The position numbers and the translations under genes are program-made. Below the pieces are notes generated by a model. That model was not told where the DNA came from. It worked only from the letters and a program-made list of their open reading frames with translations, and did not search any database. This document shows positions 25,701 through 38,329 of a DNA stretch of 64,000 bases, in pieces; position 1 is the stretch's first letter, and each line of letters begins with the position of its first letter. The stretch is taken from contig NC_091469.1 in the NCBI RefSeq assembly GCF_036971445.1, positions 453,158,001-453,222,000 of the forward strand. The letters run 5' to 3'. The DNA comes from Narcine bancroftii (taxonomy: Eukaryota).

Positions 25701-27205
25701 TGGAAATTGTGGAAGCACTGGTCGACACTTTCCAAAGTTCCATAGATTCGGGGGAGGTCTCTGAGGATTGGAGAGTGGCTGATGTGGTGCCGATTTTTAA
25801 GAAGGGAGGGAGGGAGAAAACGGGAAATTATAGACCGGTCAGCCTGACGTCGGTGGTGGGGAAGATATTGGAGTCTATCATAAAAGGAGTAATAGCAGAA
25901 CACTTAGGCAGAAATAATAGTATAAGGGCTAGTCAGCATGGATTCCTTAAGGGTAAGTCATGCTTGACTAACCTTCTGGAATTTTTCGAGGATGTGACAA
26001 AGAGGGTGGACTTGGGAGAGCCTGTGGATGTGGTGTATTTGGACTTCCAGAAGGCCTTTGATAAGGTACCGCACGGGAGACTAGTGGGCAAGATCAGGGA
26101 GCATGGTATTGGAGGTAAGGTGCTGACATGGATAGGAAATTGGTTAAGAAATAGGAAACAAAGGGTTGGGGTAAGCGGGTCTTTTTCAGGATGGCAGGAT
26201 GTGACGAATAGAGTGCCGCAGGGATCGGTATTGGGTCCTCAGTTGTTTGTAATTTATGTAAATGATTTGGATGAGGGGATTATTAATAATTTGAGCAAAT
26301 TTGCAGATGACACAAAACTGGGTGGCGGTGTGGGGTGTGAGGAGGATGTCAGGAAAATGCAGAGGGACTTGGACAGGTTGGGGGAGTGGGCTGCTGAATG
26401 GAAGATGACGTTCAATGTGAGCAAATGTGAGGTTATCCATTTTGGGGGCAATAATAGGAAAGCTGAGTATTATTTAAATGGAGACAAGCTAGGAAGTGGG
26501 GAGGAGCAAATAGATCTGGGAGTACTTGTTCACCGGTCACTGAAGACTAGCATGCAGGTTCAGAAAGCTGTGAAGAAGGCTAATAGCATGTTGGTTTTCA
26601 TAAAGAGGGGATTGGAGTATAGGAACAGAGACGCCCTTCTGCAGTTGACCCCACCTGGAGTATTGCGTCCAGTTCTGGTCTCCAATTTTGAGGAAGGACA
26701 TACTAGCTATAGAGGGTGTGCAGCGCAGATTTACAAGGTTAGTTCCAGGGATGGCGGGGTTGACATATGCTGAAAGGCTAGAAAAACTGGACTTGTATCC
26801 GATGGAGTTTAAAAGGATGAGGGGGGACATGATTGAGGTATACAAAATCATCAGGGGGATAGACAGAGTGAAGTCGGATTACTTGTTCCCAATGATGGGG
26901 GAGACGAGGACTAGAGGGCATAGTTTAGGAATACAGGGTAGGCCCTTTAGGACGGAGATGAGAAAACATTTTTTTACCCAGAGAAGTGTGAATCTGTGGA
27001 ATCCTCTGCCACAGAGGGTGGTAGAGGCAGATTCGCTGATTATGTTCAAAAGAGAGTTAGATAAGACTCTAGTGGGCAAAGGAGTTAAGGGTTATGGGGA
27101 TAAGGCTGGAAAGGGGTACTGATGGTAGTGATCAGCCATGATCTGTAAAATGGCGGTGCTGGCTCGACAGGCCGAAGGGCCTACTCCAGCTCCTATTGTC
27201 TAATG
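22765..27205 (+). mobile_element. Near-full-length CR1 LINE: 5' UTR, ORF1 (Zn finger/leucine zipper + SGNH esterase), ORF2 (APE + RT), 3' UTR; inactivated
   Basis: ORF1: LCSSCQMWE..HICARC, EDSIVRG, HVGTND, DGLHLN. ORF2: CMNAWSVRNK, GVTETWL, YRPP, MGDFN, GNSDH, PGPDGLHPRVLKE, KAFDKVPH, PQGSVLGP, FADDTKL, FFTQRSVNLWN. Stops at about 23737 and 24798; frameshifts near 23150, 25460 and 26650. Confidence 0.96.
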
Positions 27206-27254
27206 CTGCCCTTCACGAGCTCCTTCCAATTTATTGGGTGCAAGTACATAGTAA

Positions 27255-28280
27255 TTCAAGGTGACAACATAGGTAGACAGGATGGTGAAGAGGGCGTACA
27301 GCACTCTTGCCTTCAGTGGGCAGACAGGACACTGTGTACAATGGTTAGGACATCTTGTCGCAGCTGCACAAGATGTTGGTAAGACCTCACCTGGAATACT
27401 GTGTACTCTTCTAATCACTATACTAAAGGAAGGATGTGATTAAACTTGAGAAGGTGCACAAGGATTTACAGGGAATATTGCCAAGAATGGAGGCTTGAGT
27501 TATAGGAAGAGACTGGACATGATTGGACTGTTAATTTTTCCCCTGAAAGACAGGAGACTGAAATATGTCCTTATGCTGGCTGATAACAATCATGAGGAGT
27601 TGGGTAAAGTGGATTGTCACAGTTGTTTTCACAGGGCAAAGGAATCTCAATCTCTAAGATAAGCAGGATCTTAAGTGAAATTGAGAGATAAGGTTATGTG
27701 CATGCAAAAGGAACTATCAGAGAAGGTGGTAGAGACTAGAACAGTCACAACATTTAAGATATTTGGACAGATACATGGGTAACAAAAGTTTGGAGCAGTG
27801 GATTTCAAACTACCCCCTTAAACAAACATTTCACTTTAAGTAATCCCTATGCCATAAGTGCTCTGTGATTAGTAAGGGATTACTTAAGGTGGTATGTGAG
27901 TGGGAAGGGAAGGTTGAGAGCCACTGTTTTAATCGTACCTAATCGACTCATTATGCACATGGTTTCATAACTCCAAAGGAATTGGGCCAATTACATTTTT
28001 TTCTCAAGCAAAATATTTCAGTAACAATTGGGTCTAGAGCAGTGGTTCTCAACTTCCCTTCCCACTCTCATACCACTTAAGTAATCCCTTACCAATCACA
28101 GAGCACTTAAGGCGTAGGGGACTGCTTAACGTAGAAATGTAAGTTTAGTGAGGCAGTTTGAAAACCAATGGTTTAGAGGGCCATGAGCCAAATGCAGGCA
28201 AGTGGGACTAGCTCACAAAGTCACATTGGCCAGGTTGGTGAGTTGGGCTGAATGGCCTTTTCTGTGCAGCCTAACTCTAC
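27255..28280 (+). mobile_element. Older degraded CR1 3' fragment hosting a MITE
   Basis: LVRPHLEYCV remnant; CR1 3' UTR (gggactagctc...gggctgaatggcct) continues after the MITE. Confidence 0.75.
27796..28170. mobile_element. Compound hAT MITE with 8-bp TSD
   Basis: CAGTGG...CCAATG termini; flanks gtttggag (27788-27795) and gtttagag (28171-28178); two inverted mini-units around the shared spacer. Confidence 0.88.
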
Positions 28281-29083
28281 CACACAAGGTATTCATTTCT
28301 TGACCAGTGTTGAGAATTCTGAACCTCACAGTTGAAATCTAGCCAAATAGTTCCTTCCACAAATGGCAGAACAGCCAAAATTAAAAGTATTGATCATTTG
28401 CCCAGCTCCTCACTCATAGCCCACTGCCCTGAGGAACAAAACACTGATGCAAATGAGTTCCAGTTGTCCCGCCAACATCCTTCTCCAGTGTAAATGAGCT
28501 GTGCATAGAAGAACATGCTTCCCTTTCACTTTCTCCATGGAAGGTCCCTTAAAGATCAACTGCTGCCATCTGCCCTCCACATGTTTTCAGTCTGAGCTAT
28601 AGGTCTTACCCCTGACACAGGCATTCTCTATGAGAAGAGTTAAACAGGAAAAATCTGCATTACACTGTGAGGTTGTAGTGCAAAGCACAAAAGAGCAGGA
28701 GAAATTCAGAAGGTCACACAGCATCTATAAAAAGCAAAGCTCCCGGGCCCTTTACTCAGGTCAAAGCAAAAAACAGACAGGCACCTGAACAAAATATTAG
28801 TATTGCTGTACAAGAAGAGAGCAGAAATGATACTTTCAGCAATGCCATTCCTTACAATGATAATGAAAACATAGCTAGCCTTCACAGTGCAACTCTATAC
28901 AATGGAATGACTCATAAATATATGTACTTAAAAATGAATTGCTTACCTGACGAACTATCGGTTAACAGGACACTATATCACTGTATGGCAGAATTGAACA
29001 ATAAATGCAATCTTTGGCATCTGAATTAAATATACCATGCATAATTTTAAACAGATGCCTATTCTAGTTCTAATCTTATCACA

Positions 29084-29895
29084 GAGTGAAACACAAAAGT
29101 CTGCAGATGCTGTGATTGTAGTAAAAACGCTGGAGGAACTTGACTGGTCTTGCAGCGTCTGAAGGAGATAGATATATCGCTGATGTTTTGGGTCTGAGCC
29201 CTTCTTCAAGGAATAAAGAAAGAATAAGAAAAAAAGAGGAATTTTCAGAATAGAGACAGTGCTGGCTGGGGGGGAGGAGTCCCGACCCAAAAAAAGTGGA
29301 TATGATAAGGGGAGAGGTGAAAATTGATTTTGTCTGTGTGAAAGTAGACAGAGGGAAAAAGAGGGTGACAGAAAAGATGTGGGAGGGTTTAATGAAAGCC
29401 AGAGAAGTCAACATTAATGGCATGTGGTTGGAGGGTGCCCAGACGGAAGATGAGATGTTGTTCCTCCAATTTGCAGGTGGCCTCAGTCTGACAGTACATG
29501 AGACAATGGACAGACATGTCAGCAAGGGAATGGGATGGAGAATTGAAATGGGTGGCCACTGGGAGATCCACGCTATTGTGGCAGAGAGAGCTGAGGTGCT
29601 CAACAAAGCGATCTTCCAGTCTCTCCGATGAAGAGGAGTCCACAACGGGAGTACCGAATTCCATAGACAACCCTGACAGATTCACAAATGAAATGTTACT
29701 TCACTTGGAAGGACTGTTTGGGGTCCTGAATGGTAGTGTGGGTGCAAGTGGATCATCTCCTGCAATTACAGGGACAGGTACCAAGGGGTTGATTGGTGGT
29801 GAGGGAATAGTGAACAATGGAGTCATAAAGGAAATGGTGCCTGCGGAAGACGGAGAGGGGAATATGTGTCTGGTGGTGGGATCACATAGTAGGTG
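29084..29895 (-). mobile_element. Penelope-like element 3' part (GIY-YIG region and tail)
   Basis: RLEDRFVEHL, LPVATHFNSPSHS, KLEEQHLIFRLGTLQP.AINVDFS; tail gaagaagggctcagacccaaaac. Confidence 0.85.
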
Positions 29896-30945
29896 TCTCC
29901 CTACCTATATTAAGGACACTTCACACAACTTCTAGTTGCCTGAACCTGATAACCTCATGTTAACTATGGACATCCAATCTATATACACCTCCATTCCCCC
30001 ATTCTGAAGTCTCAATTCCTCTCCATCTCTGTCACATCTGCACCCAGGATGAGGATTTCCATGCTAGATCATCAGAGATGTCCTCCTTCTTCAAACAATG
30101 TGGCTTTCCCTTTACCACCATCAACTTAACTCTCACCCACATATCCTCCATTACTTGATCATCCACCCTGGCCCCCTCCGCCCCCACACGCAACAAGGAC
30201 AGGATTCCTTTTGTTCTCACCTACCACACCACCAGCCTCTGCATCTAACACATCCTCCTCCGCCATTTCTGCTACCTACTACGTGATCCAATCACTAGAG
30301 ACACATTCTCCTCTTCACCTTCCACAGGAACTGTTCCCTCCAAGACTCCCTTGTCCATTCCTCCCTCCCCACCACTAGTCCCCTTTGTGATCTCACTTCT
30401 GCCCACACCTCCTCCCTCACCACCATTCGGGGCCCAAACAGTTCTTCCACGTGAAGCAATATTTCACTTGAGAATCTGCAGTGGTCAGCTACCGTATCCT
30501 GTTGTGGTTTCCTCTACATAGGAGAGACTGGGCGCACACTGGGAGATTGCTTTGTTGAACACCTGGGCACTGTCCGCTGCAATGATGGAATGATGCTCAT
30601 AGTGGCCCACCACTTCAATTCTCCATCCCATTTCCTTGCTGACATGTCTGTCCATGGTCTCATGTGCTGCCAGACTGAGACCATCTGCAATTTGAGGACC
30701 AGCAACCCATCTTCCATCTGATCAGCCTCCAACCAGATGACATTAACATTGACTTCTCCGGCTTTCGTTAAACACACCTCTTCCCTTTTCTCTTTGTCTC
30801 CTTTCACACAGACAACTAACCTATTCTGAGATTTCCTGTTTTTTTGCTTATTCTTTGCTTATTCCTTGAAGAAGGGCTCAGGTCTGAAATGTCGGCAATA
30901 TTTCTGTAGGTGCTGTTAGACTAGTTGAGTCTCCCCAGCTTTTTG
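29896..30945 (+). mobile_element. Penelope-like element fragment (RT remnant + GIY-YIG + tail), inverted relative to its neighbour
   Basis: LPTYIKDTSH, TMDIQSIYTSIP, YIGETGRTLGDCFVEHL, VAHHFNS; tail gaagaagggctcaggtctgaaa. Confidence 0.85.
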
Positions 30946-31051
30946 GTCTGATGTTACTCATCTTACCAAAGTCACCCGAACTGCAGATCTCAAGGGCACA
31001 AAGACAATGTATTTTGTTTGTATGCATCTGGGCTAAAATATGAACAGATAC

Positions 31052-31209
31052 CTGTGATTGTCTCAAATGCTGAAGCTGCATGCGCAGGTCAAGAATATTC
31101 CTTCGTAAATCATACACATTGTTTTGAATTTGCTGCTGACAGGATGCAGTAGGTTGGGAAGCCACACCTGAAGATTCCAGAGTAATCGCAGAGATCGTAC
31201 TTGTTGCAC
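31052..31209 (-). CDS. KIAA1217: KIAA1217 coding exon (158 nt, phase 1 to 0): GATSTISAITLESSGVASQPTASCQQQIQNNVYDLRRNILDLRMQLQHLRQSQ
   Basis: Coiled-coil segment resembling human ..EMRRSVAELRLQLQQMRQLQ. Acceptor ttcccctgcag|GT; donor CAG|gtatct. Confidence 0.92.
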
Positions 31210-31409
31210 CTGCAGGGGAAAATCACTCCATTAGGGCTAAAAGAACAAAATTAAATCCTTTTTGAAGAGATCTAAATATGGTTGCAATCAATGTTTAATG
31301 TGATTCATCAGAGACCTGCCTGTATGCGAGGATCCAGATGTTGCCTAACAGGTTTTGACAAAACACAATTTGCATGGCTAATGCACAAGAATCACCACAA
31401 AATGTAGAT

Positions 31410-32275
31410 CTAAATATCACAATTGGTGAGAAAAGATGGTGAGATCTTTGTTGAGATTGTATGACAAGCATTATAAATATAAGGTATAGATTAGTTCAAT
31501 GTAATTATCTGCATCAATTATATTTAACGCCACAAAAATTGAATAGAATGAAATCAGAGTTATCTGATAAATGTTTTAGATGTGGTGAAGAGAAAGGAAC
31601 TTTTTTTTTTACACTGTATTTGGTCATGTTCTAAAGTAAGATCTTTTTGAATAGATTTAGGAAAAATTTTAGAGCAAATTATAGGTACTATATTTCCACA
31701 AAATTCAGACTTATTTTATTGGGAAATATAGAAGGAACAAGACCCAAGTTAAAATTATCAATGTACCAAATTAAATTTATCAAAATAGCACTAGCAGTGG
31801 CAAGGAGATTTACTGCAGTAACTTGGAAGTTAGATGTATATTTAGATATAGAGAGATGGAATGCAGAAATTCAAAGTTGTATTCCGTTGGAGAAAATTAC
31901 ATACAATTTAAGAAATAAATAGGCTACCTGTTTATAAATTTGGAGCCCGCATGTGCAAAGTTTTGGGGTAAATATGTAAAAATGCATTTCCAGCCTCTTA
32001 ATCTTCCCTAAAATGGCCATATAAATACTGTGGGATCCCAATGTGCGATTACTCAATGGGTAAATCCAGGAAACTATTTTCTCCTTTCTTTCCTATACTT
32101 CATATAAACTATATATCTCATTTATATATTCTATATATTTTTTGTGCAGGAGGGAGGGGTAAAAACCATCATATAATCATTGTAAATTTTTTTTAACTTA
32201 TCTGATACTGTTTTATTTAAAAGTTTATCAATTACATGTATGGAAAATTTTTAAATAAAATATTTTTAAAAATAA
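31410..32275 (+). mobile_element. L1/Tx1 ORF2 3' end (CCHC zinc knuckle) and 3' UTR
   Basis: YRLVQCNYLHQLYLTPQKL, CFRCGEEKGT..HCIWSC, CIPLEKITYNL; AT-rich tail with AATAAA. Confidence 0.85.
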
Positions 32276-33674
32276 TCACCACAAAACCCGATTACAGAAT
32301 AAAACAGAATACAGGCCAAAATGAGCAGTTTCAATTTAAAATTCGATAAATACACAGCATCATTTGGACAGATCAATGTTTTAAACTTTTTATGGAACTC
32401 CAAAGAGATTTTCACACTCAAAGTAAAAATCAGTTTAAAATATCATAATGTTCTACGCAGTGTCAAGAAGTTAAACACTTCTGGGTGGAAGTTGGGTAAT
32501 ATTAAGGTTATAAGATATAAATTGATATTAACTATGTATCAAATTGAATGTACAAATCGCTTTAGCAGTTTCTAGAAACTTGGAAATCGGTCACAGAACT
32601 GAATGATTCTATATATCCAACAAAGAAATGCGCTATTTGGCCATTCATTCAGAATATTCATTCACATTTTTCTCCACACGACCACTCAATTATAAGAAAA
32701 CAGTAATGTTGCTGCCTTGGTGTCCAGGTCCAGGTGATTCATGGCATTAGCAACTCAGTAGGGGGACCTCTGCCTGGCTTATCATCACAGTTTTCTGACT
32801 TGTGGGACTCCTTTTCATTCCTAACCTTTTCTTGCTAATTATCTTTCACCTCACTGAATCAGCGCACTTACCATACCCAACATTTAGCTCAAAAAAGACC
32901 TACTTTGAAAATCCACATCAATCACAACTAGTGCAATACTGAACCTATTTCAACAAAAGAATCCAAAACTTGGTCAGGCACAAGTTATCTGAACTATTGC
33001 TACAAAATACTGCACGATCTTACTTCAGAAACAAGATAGTCTAATCACTCCCCTACAATTACTGACTGATCCAAAAAAAAAAGCTAGTTTCCTTGAAGCC
33101 AGAATGATAGATTACATCAAGATTCCTGCCAAACAAGAAATCTCTTCCACAGTCATAAACTCTTGCAGTTTCTCAATATAAAAATAACAGCACAGAATTA
33201 ATGAATAACCACAAGTGAATAAGATGCATGATGAATTTAATAGCTTACATTTTCTTGGCTTATCAGCAGTTTACATATCCACACACAGAACAGGGTTCAC
33301 CCTTTAGATAAATCAAAACAATCTGCCCAGCGATACATTCATTTCATTCTGGAATAAATGCAACTATGCTTTGAACCCAAGCCAACAAAAGGGGCAACCA
33401 AGAGACAAATACAAGGAGCTCAATTTTATTAGAATGTTTCAACGCTGCCATTTCTCAAGCAAGAATTGAGCTGCAGTGTCAGTACGTGGAACGACCAAGG
33501 TCAGACGCTGATCACTGCAAAGAAAAAAAACCCCACGGAATTTTAAATATTAAACAAAGGTTCACATTGAGGGGAGATCCGCCTCCATATTCACAATGGC
33601 AATATCACGTAAACCTTCTGATACATCTCAACTTGTCTTGGTCTATTGGATCTGCTGCTCAGCTTCTTTGTTTT

Positions 33675-34210
33675 TTGTAATACTTTATTGATCATTTTAT
33701 ATATATTTAACAATCAACAATCATACCCAATACAAAACATCAAGAGAGCCCCTCCTTCCACCCCACCCCCACCATAAAAGTCCTATTAAACAGAGAAAGG
33801 ACGAAGAAAAAGAAACACAAAAAAGAGCATCCCGTTGTCAGTATGTGCAGTAATAATACCACAGTGTTAAGATCTTTACAGAGGTCTTCAGACCTCAGTA
33901 GCAATCGTAACCCTAGATTGGTGCCAAATATGCTCTAAATAAGGCTGCCATATTTTTAGAAAGGGGCTATTTCCCTTCCCAAGATTGTGTGTGACTTTTT
34001 CCAAGTGGGATGCAGCGATTCATCTCCGAAGACCAACTATCCTTGAGTAGACTGCACAGCTTCTTGAGCTTGTATTTAATTCTCTTTTGCCTTGACAGAT
34101 TCTTTTTTATTTGTTGATGAGAGTCTAGAATTCTTACTGACAAAGAAGGCACCAATCCAATTGTAAAGTTGTGCATACTTTTTAGGAGGTATATGTATCA
34201 AATTTGCCTT
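33675..34210 (-). mobile_element. L1/Tx1 3' fragment
   Basis: W.SEMNRCIPLGK resembles the 31860-31910 C-terminus; A-rich tail with AATAAA on the minus strand. Confidence 0.6.
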
Positions 34211-34564
34211 GTTAATGTTATTAAAACTCCCAAGTCAACAGCATATGATTCAGCACCACTCCAGCCGGACACTTCAGTGCTGGCGTGTGACCCAATTTTA
34301 CGAACTGGCCTCCTGCAAATGAAACACAAATCAGAACTCTGCGGTGCTGGCAGTTTAGAGCAGGTGGCCCGATGAATGAATTGAATGTACAAGAAATTCC
34401 AAAGAACATGCTCATCTCCTGAATTAAAATTTCCACTGATGCAAAGTTGAACCTGACCATTTCGTCTTAGCTGTAAAAGATGTGATGCATTGGAAGTGAT
34501 GTTTCCTTGTAGTGAACAAGAAATACATTAAGTATACTAATAATTGGGGGTGAAGAATAATTAC

Positions 34565-34611
34565 CTTGTTGCTCAGAAGTGTTGGCTTGTGGTGTAACTT
34601 TTAACTTCTCA
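34565..34611 (-). CDS. KIAA1217: KIAA1217 small coding exon (47 nt, phase 2 to 1): SEKLKVTPQANTSEQQ(G)
   Basis: Strong polypyrimidine acceptor tttcttttctttcctcag|T and donor CAAG|gtaatt. It keeps the frame between the flanking exons and resembles the human SEKMMKTT... segment. Confidence 0.88.
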
Positions 34612-34697
34612 CTGAGGAAAGAAAAGAAATTAGTCGTGTCACGTTTCTAGTCACTGTATCCCAGCATATTTCTGCATTTATGTTGCTTTTCTCTTAC

Positions 34698-34796
34698 CTG
34701 GGAAGTTCCTTGGCACCACTGCCCCCTTTAAACAGCGCAGACTGAACAAGCCCTGTCAAACTTGCAATCTGTTTCTCCATAACTTTCATTCTTTCC
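34698..34796 (-). CDS. KIAA1217: KIAA1217 coding exon (99 nt, phase 2 to 2): (R)ERMKVMEKQIASLTGLVQSALFKGGSGAKELP(S)
   Basis: Hand translation, not in the ORF track. Conserved MEKQIASLTGLVQSAL motif of the KIAA1217/SRCIN1 family. Acceptor aaacttag|G; donor CCCAG|gtaaga. Phase matches the previous exon. Confidence 0.95.
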
Positions 34797-35714
34797 CTAA
34801 GTTTAAAAAAAAGTCACAATTTAATCAACACATTGTGGCATTCAATTAAGGCTTAAGAGTAAGCCACTCTGCCCCTCTATCCTCCTCTAATGTCAACATT
34901 CAGGACAGTGCTGTACTCAAAGTGGCAATCATGTTTAAAATATTTTATTTCAATTTCCATTCGCAAGTGGCGGGCCACATTGACAAGGCCGCATTTACTC
35001 ACTGTCCACTTCTCATTAATTTGAGCTGAATGTGAGCTTTCTTTCAGTGATGATGGCACTGGCAAGGTTTTCGGCATTCAAAGCCAGTACTCTTCCATAA
35101 ATCTAACAAGGTAATAAAAGCACTGTAGCCCGGCTCAGTCAAACACCCCACAGCAGGCTACTCATTACATGAAATACCTCAGCAGCAAAAATAAATGCGA
35201 GCTCTCAGTGGAAACAGGAGGGAATAACTTAAACACCATTTGTAAATAGTATTTAAATCCAAAAAACCTTTGTGTTTGAGTTTATTTAAAACCATTAATT
35301 GCAATATTATTGGACTGGCAGCTAGACTTCAGTATTTAGACCACATAAGCAAAATCCTTTTACAGCTTTCAAATAATAAGCCTTTTTATTCCCTCTGAAA
35401 TAATCCCCATAAATCAACCATATTCCTGGAAAATCCTATTGTGTGAAAATAGCCCACCTGCTGTCCACTGGTCTGATGTATTAACCTGCCTTTGGAATCG
35501 GATTTTGTAACCTTCTGTTGCTCATCATTTACTTTAACATTGGGAAGTGATTTTAATGGCACAAGATGAAGAAAATTGCTGGTTCACTGCGAAGCTTAAT
35601 TAAGAGTGGTTAAAGCCAGTAATTTCAGACATTTACAGTAATAAACACTACGGAATAGGAAACCATGAACATCCTTTCTCATTCCAAATATTTGCCTATA
35701 TTCATCACCATCCA

Positions 35715-37470
35715 CAGAAACATAGAAGATAGGAGCAGGAGTAGGTCATTCGACCCTTTGAGCCTGCTCCGCCATTCAATGAGATCATGGCTGATCTTAA
35801 AGTTCAGTACCCCGACCCCGCCTTCTCTCCGTAAACCCTAATTCTAATGAAGAAATATATCTAATTCCCTCTTAAATATATTCAATGAACCTGCCTCTAT
35901 TGCCCTCTGTGGCAATGAATTCCACTGATTCACCACCCTCTGGGTAAAGAAATTCCTCCTCATCTCGGTCCTAAATGGTTTGCCTATTATCCTCGAACCA
36001 TGGCCCCGGGTTCTGGACTCCCCCACCATTGGAAACATCCCTTCTGCAACCATTCTGTCCAGTCCTGCCAGAATTTTATAGGTCTCTATGAGATCCCCTC
36101 TCAATCTTCTAAACTCCAGCGAGTACAATCCCAAATTGCACAATCTTTCCTCGGAAGTCATTCCTGCCATTCCAGGTATCAGCCTGGTGAATCGCCTCTG
36201 CACAACCTCCATTGCAAGAACATCCTTCCTGAGATAAGGTGACCAAAACTGCACACAATACTCCAGGTGTGGTCTCACCAAGGCCCTGTACAGCTGCAGT
36301 AAGGTATCCTTGTTCCTATACTCAAACCCTCTTGATATGAAGGCCAACATACCATTTGCCTTTTTAACCACCTGCTGTACCTGCATGCTCACCTTCAGTG
36401 ACTGGTGCACAAGAACCCCTAGGTCTCTCTGCACTTCCCCATCTCCCAATCTATTGCCATTCAAATAGTAATCTGCCCTCCGGTTTGTATTACCAAAGTG
36501 GATAACCTCACATTTATCCACATTGTAGTGCATTTGCCCAGTCCCCCAATTTATCCAAATCACACTGGAGCTTCCTGACCCCCTCTTCAGTGCACACAAT
36601 CCCTCCTAGCTTAGTGTCATCTGCAGATTTGGAGATATTACATCCAATCCCCTCATCTAGATCATTAATGTAAATTGTGAGCAGCTGGGGTCCCAGTACA
36701 GATCCCTGTGGCACCCCACTGGTCACCACCTGCCACTCAGAAAACGAGCCATTTATCCCAACTCTCTGTCTTCTATCTGCCAGCCAGTTCTCAATCCACA
36801 TCAATACCTTGTCCCCAATCCTATGAGCCTTTATTTTGCATGCCAGTCGTTTATGTCGGACCTTATCGAAGGCCTTTTTGAAGTCCAGGTACACCACATC
36901 CACTGGCTGTCCCCCATCTATTTTACCTGTCACCATCTCAAAGAATTCCAATAGATTTATCAAGCACGATTTACCTTTTGTAAATCAATTTGACTCTGTC
37001 CGATCCCTTCTCTGCTAGTCATATGCTCCACTATTACATCCTTAATAATGGATTCCATCATTTTGCCCACTACTGATGTAAGGCTCACTGGCCTATAATT
37101 CCCCGCTTTTTCTCTACCCCAGTTTTTAAATAGTGGGGTAACATTAGCAAACCCTCCAATCCATGGGTACTGATCCTGAGTCTATCGAGTTCTGGAAAAT
37201 AATTCTTAAGGCATCTGCTATCTGAATGTCCACTTCCTTAAGTACCCTAGGATGTAGATTATCAGGCCCTTGGGATTTATTGGCCTTCAATCTCCCCAAG
37301 ACCATGTCTTTAGAGATACTGATTTCTTTCAGTTCCTCCCTTGCATTAGTCTCTATGTTTCCCAACATCCTTGGGAGGTTATTTGTATCCTCTCTTGTGA
37401 AAACAGAACTAAAGTAAGAATTTAATTAGTCTGTCATTTCCTTATTCCCCATTATATATTCCCCTGATTC
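35715..37470 (-). mobile_element. 5'-truncated CR1 LINE (RT to 3' tail)
   Basis: ORFs 37144-37368, 36514-36963 and 35844-36599 carry RT motifs; tail cacagaaacatagaagataggagcaggag. Confidence 0.95.
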
Positions 37471-38329
37471 ATCCATGGTCAAAATAAATAAAAACAAATT
37501 GAAAATTTCAAACCAGTTACTTTTATCTATTAACAAAGGGTCAATTGCTTCGTAGAATGCAAATTAAGCAGATTTGGAGAACCTATTGATCCAGAGATTA
37601 GAGCATGATGCGTAACACTCAGCTGAGATACCAGGGCAGTTGATGATCTCAACATTTACATGGAAGCAAGGCAGCATTTAATGATCAATGCCTGCCCAGG
37701 AAAGAGAATTGCCCACTCGACGCTGCAGACCATGGTCTTTGAGCAAGGTCCCTCGGCAAGAGAGAAGGGACATCACACATTATGGTAGGAACGGCTGGTA
37801 GTAGTAAAATGGTCAGTCATTGTAGAGACAGTATGCGGAGCAGGTTGGAATGACACAACATCTGGGTTGGGTTGGGTAGGAGCGGAGAAGGCTACAATCA
37901 ACACCAGGAGAGGAGAGAATGCAGATGGTGAAATCTGGAGCAAAGAGCAATCTGCCAGAGGAACTGGCAGCACCAGTGCAAGAAAAAGAAGGGCTGATAT
38001 TTCAGGTTGGAAATCTTCTTCAAGAGAGACCTGAAGGGTTCCTACTTGTAACATCAGCCATATTTTCTCCCGGTGATGCTGTTTGACCCCGCTGAGTTCC
38101 TTAAGTAGTTTATTTTTCACTGAAGCTTCAAAAAGAAGGCTGGGAGCTCTCCTTATCCCTTTAGTTCATTGTCACTGGTTAAATAGGTACCTACACTGTG
38201 CTGCAAACCCCCTTTTATGCTAGGTTTCTCGATCCTGGAAAGAATACACAGGAGTAAGAAGCCTCAATCAGCACTTAAATGTTCATAAAATGTACTCCTT
38301 CATGGTAACTGTGTGTGTATCTGTGGCAG

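Noticed and set aside
22765-27205. Active, intact CR1
   Set aside because: In-frame stops and frameshifts in both ORFs.
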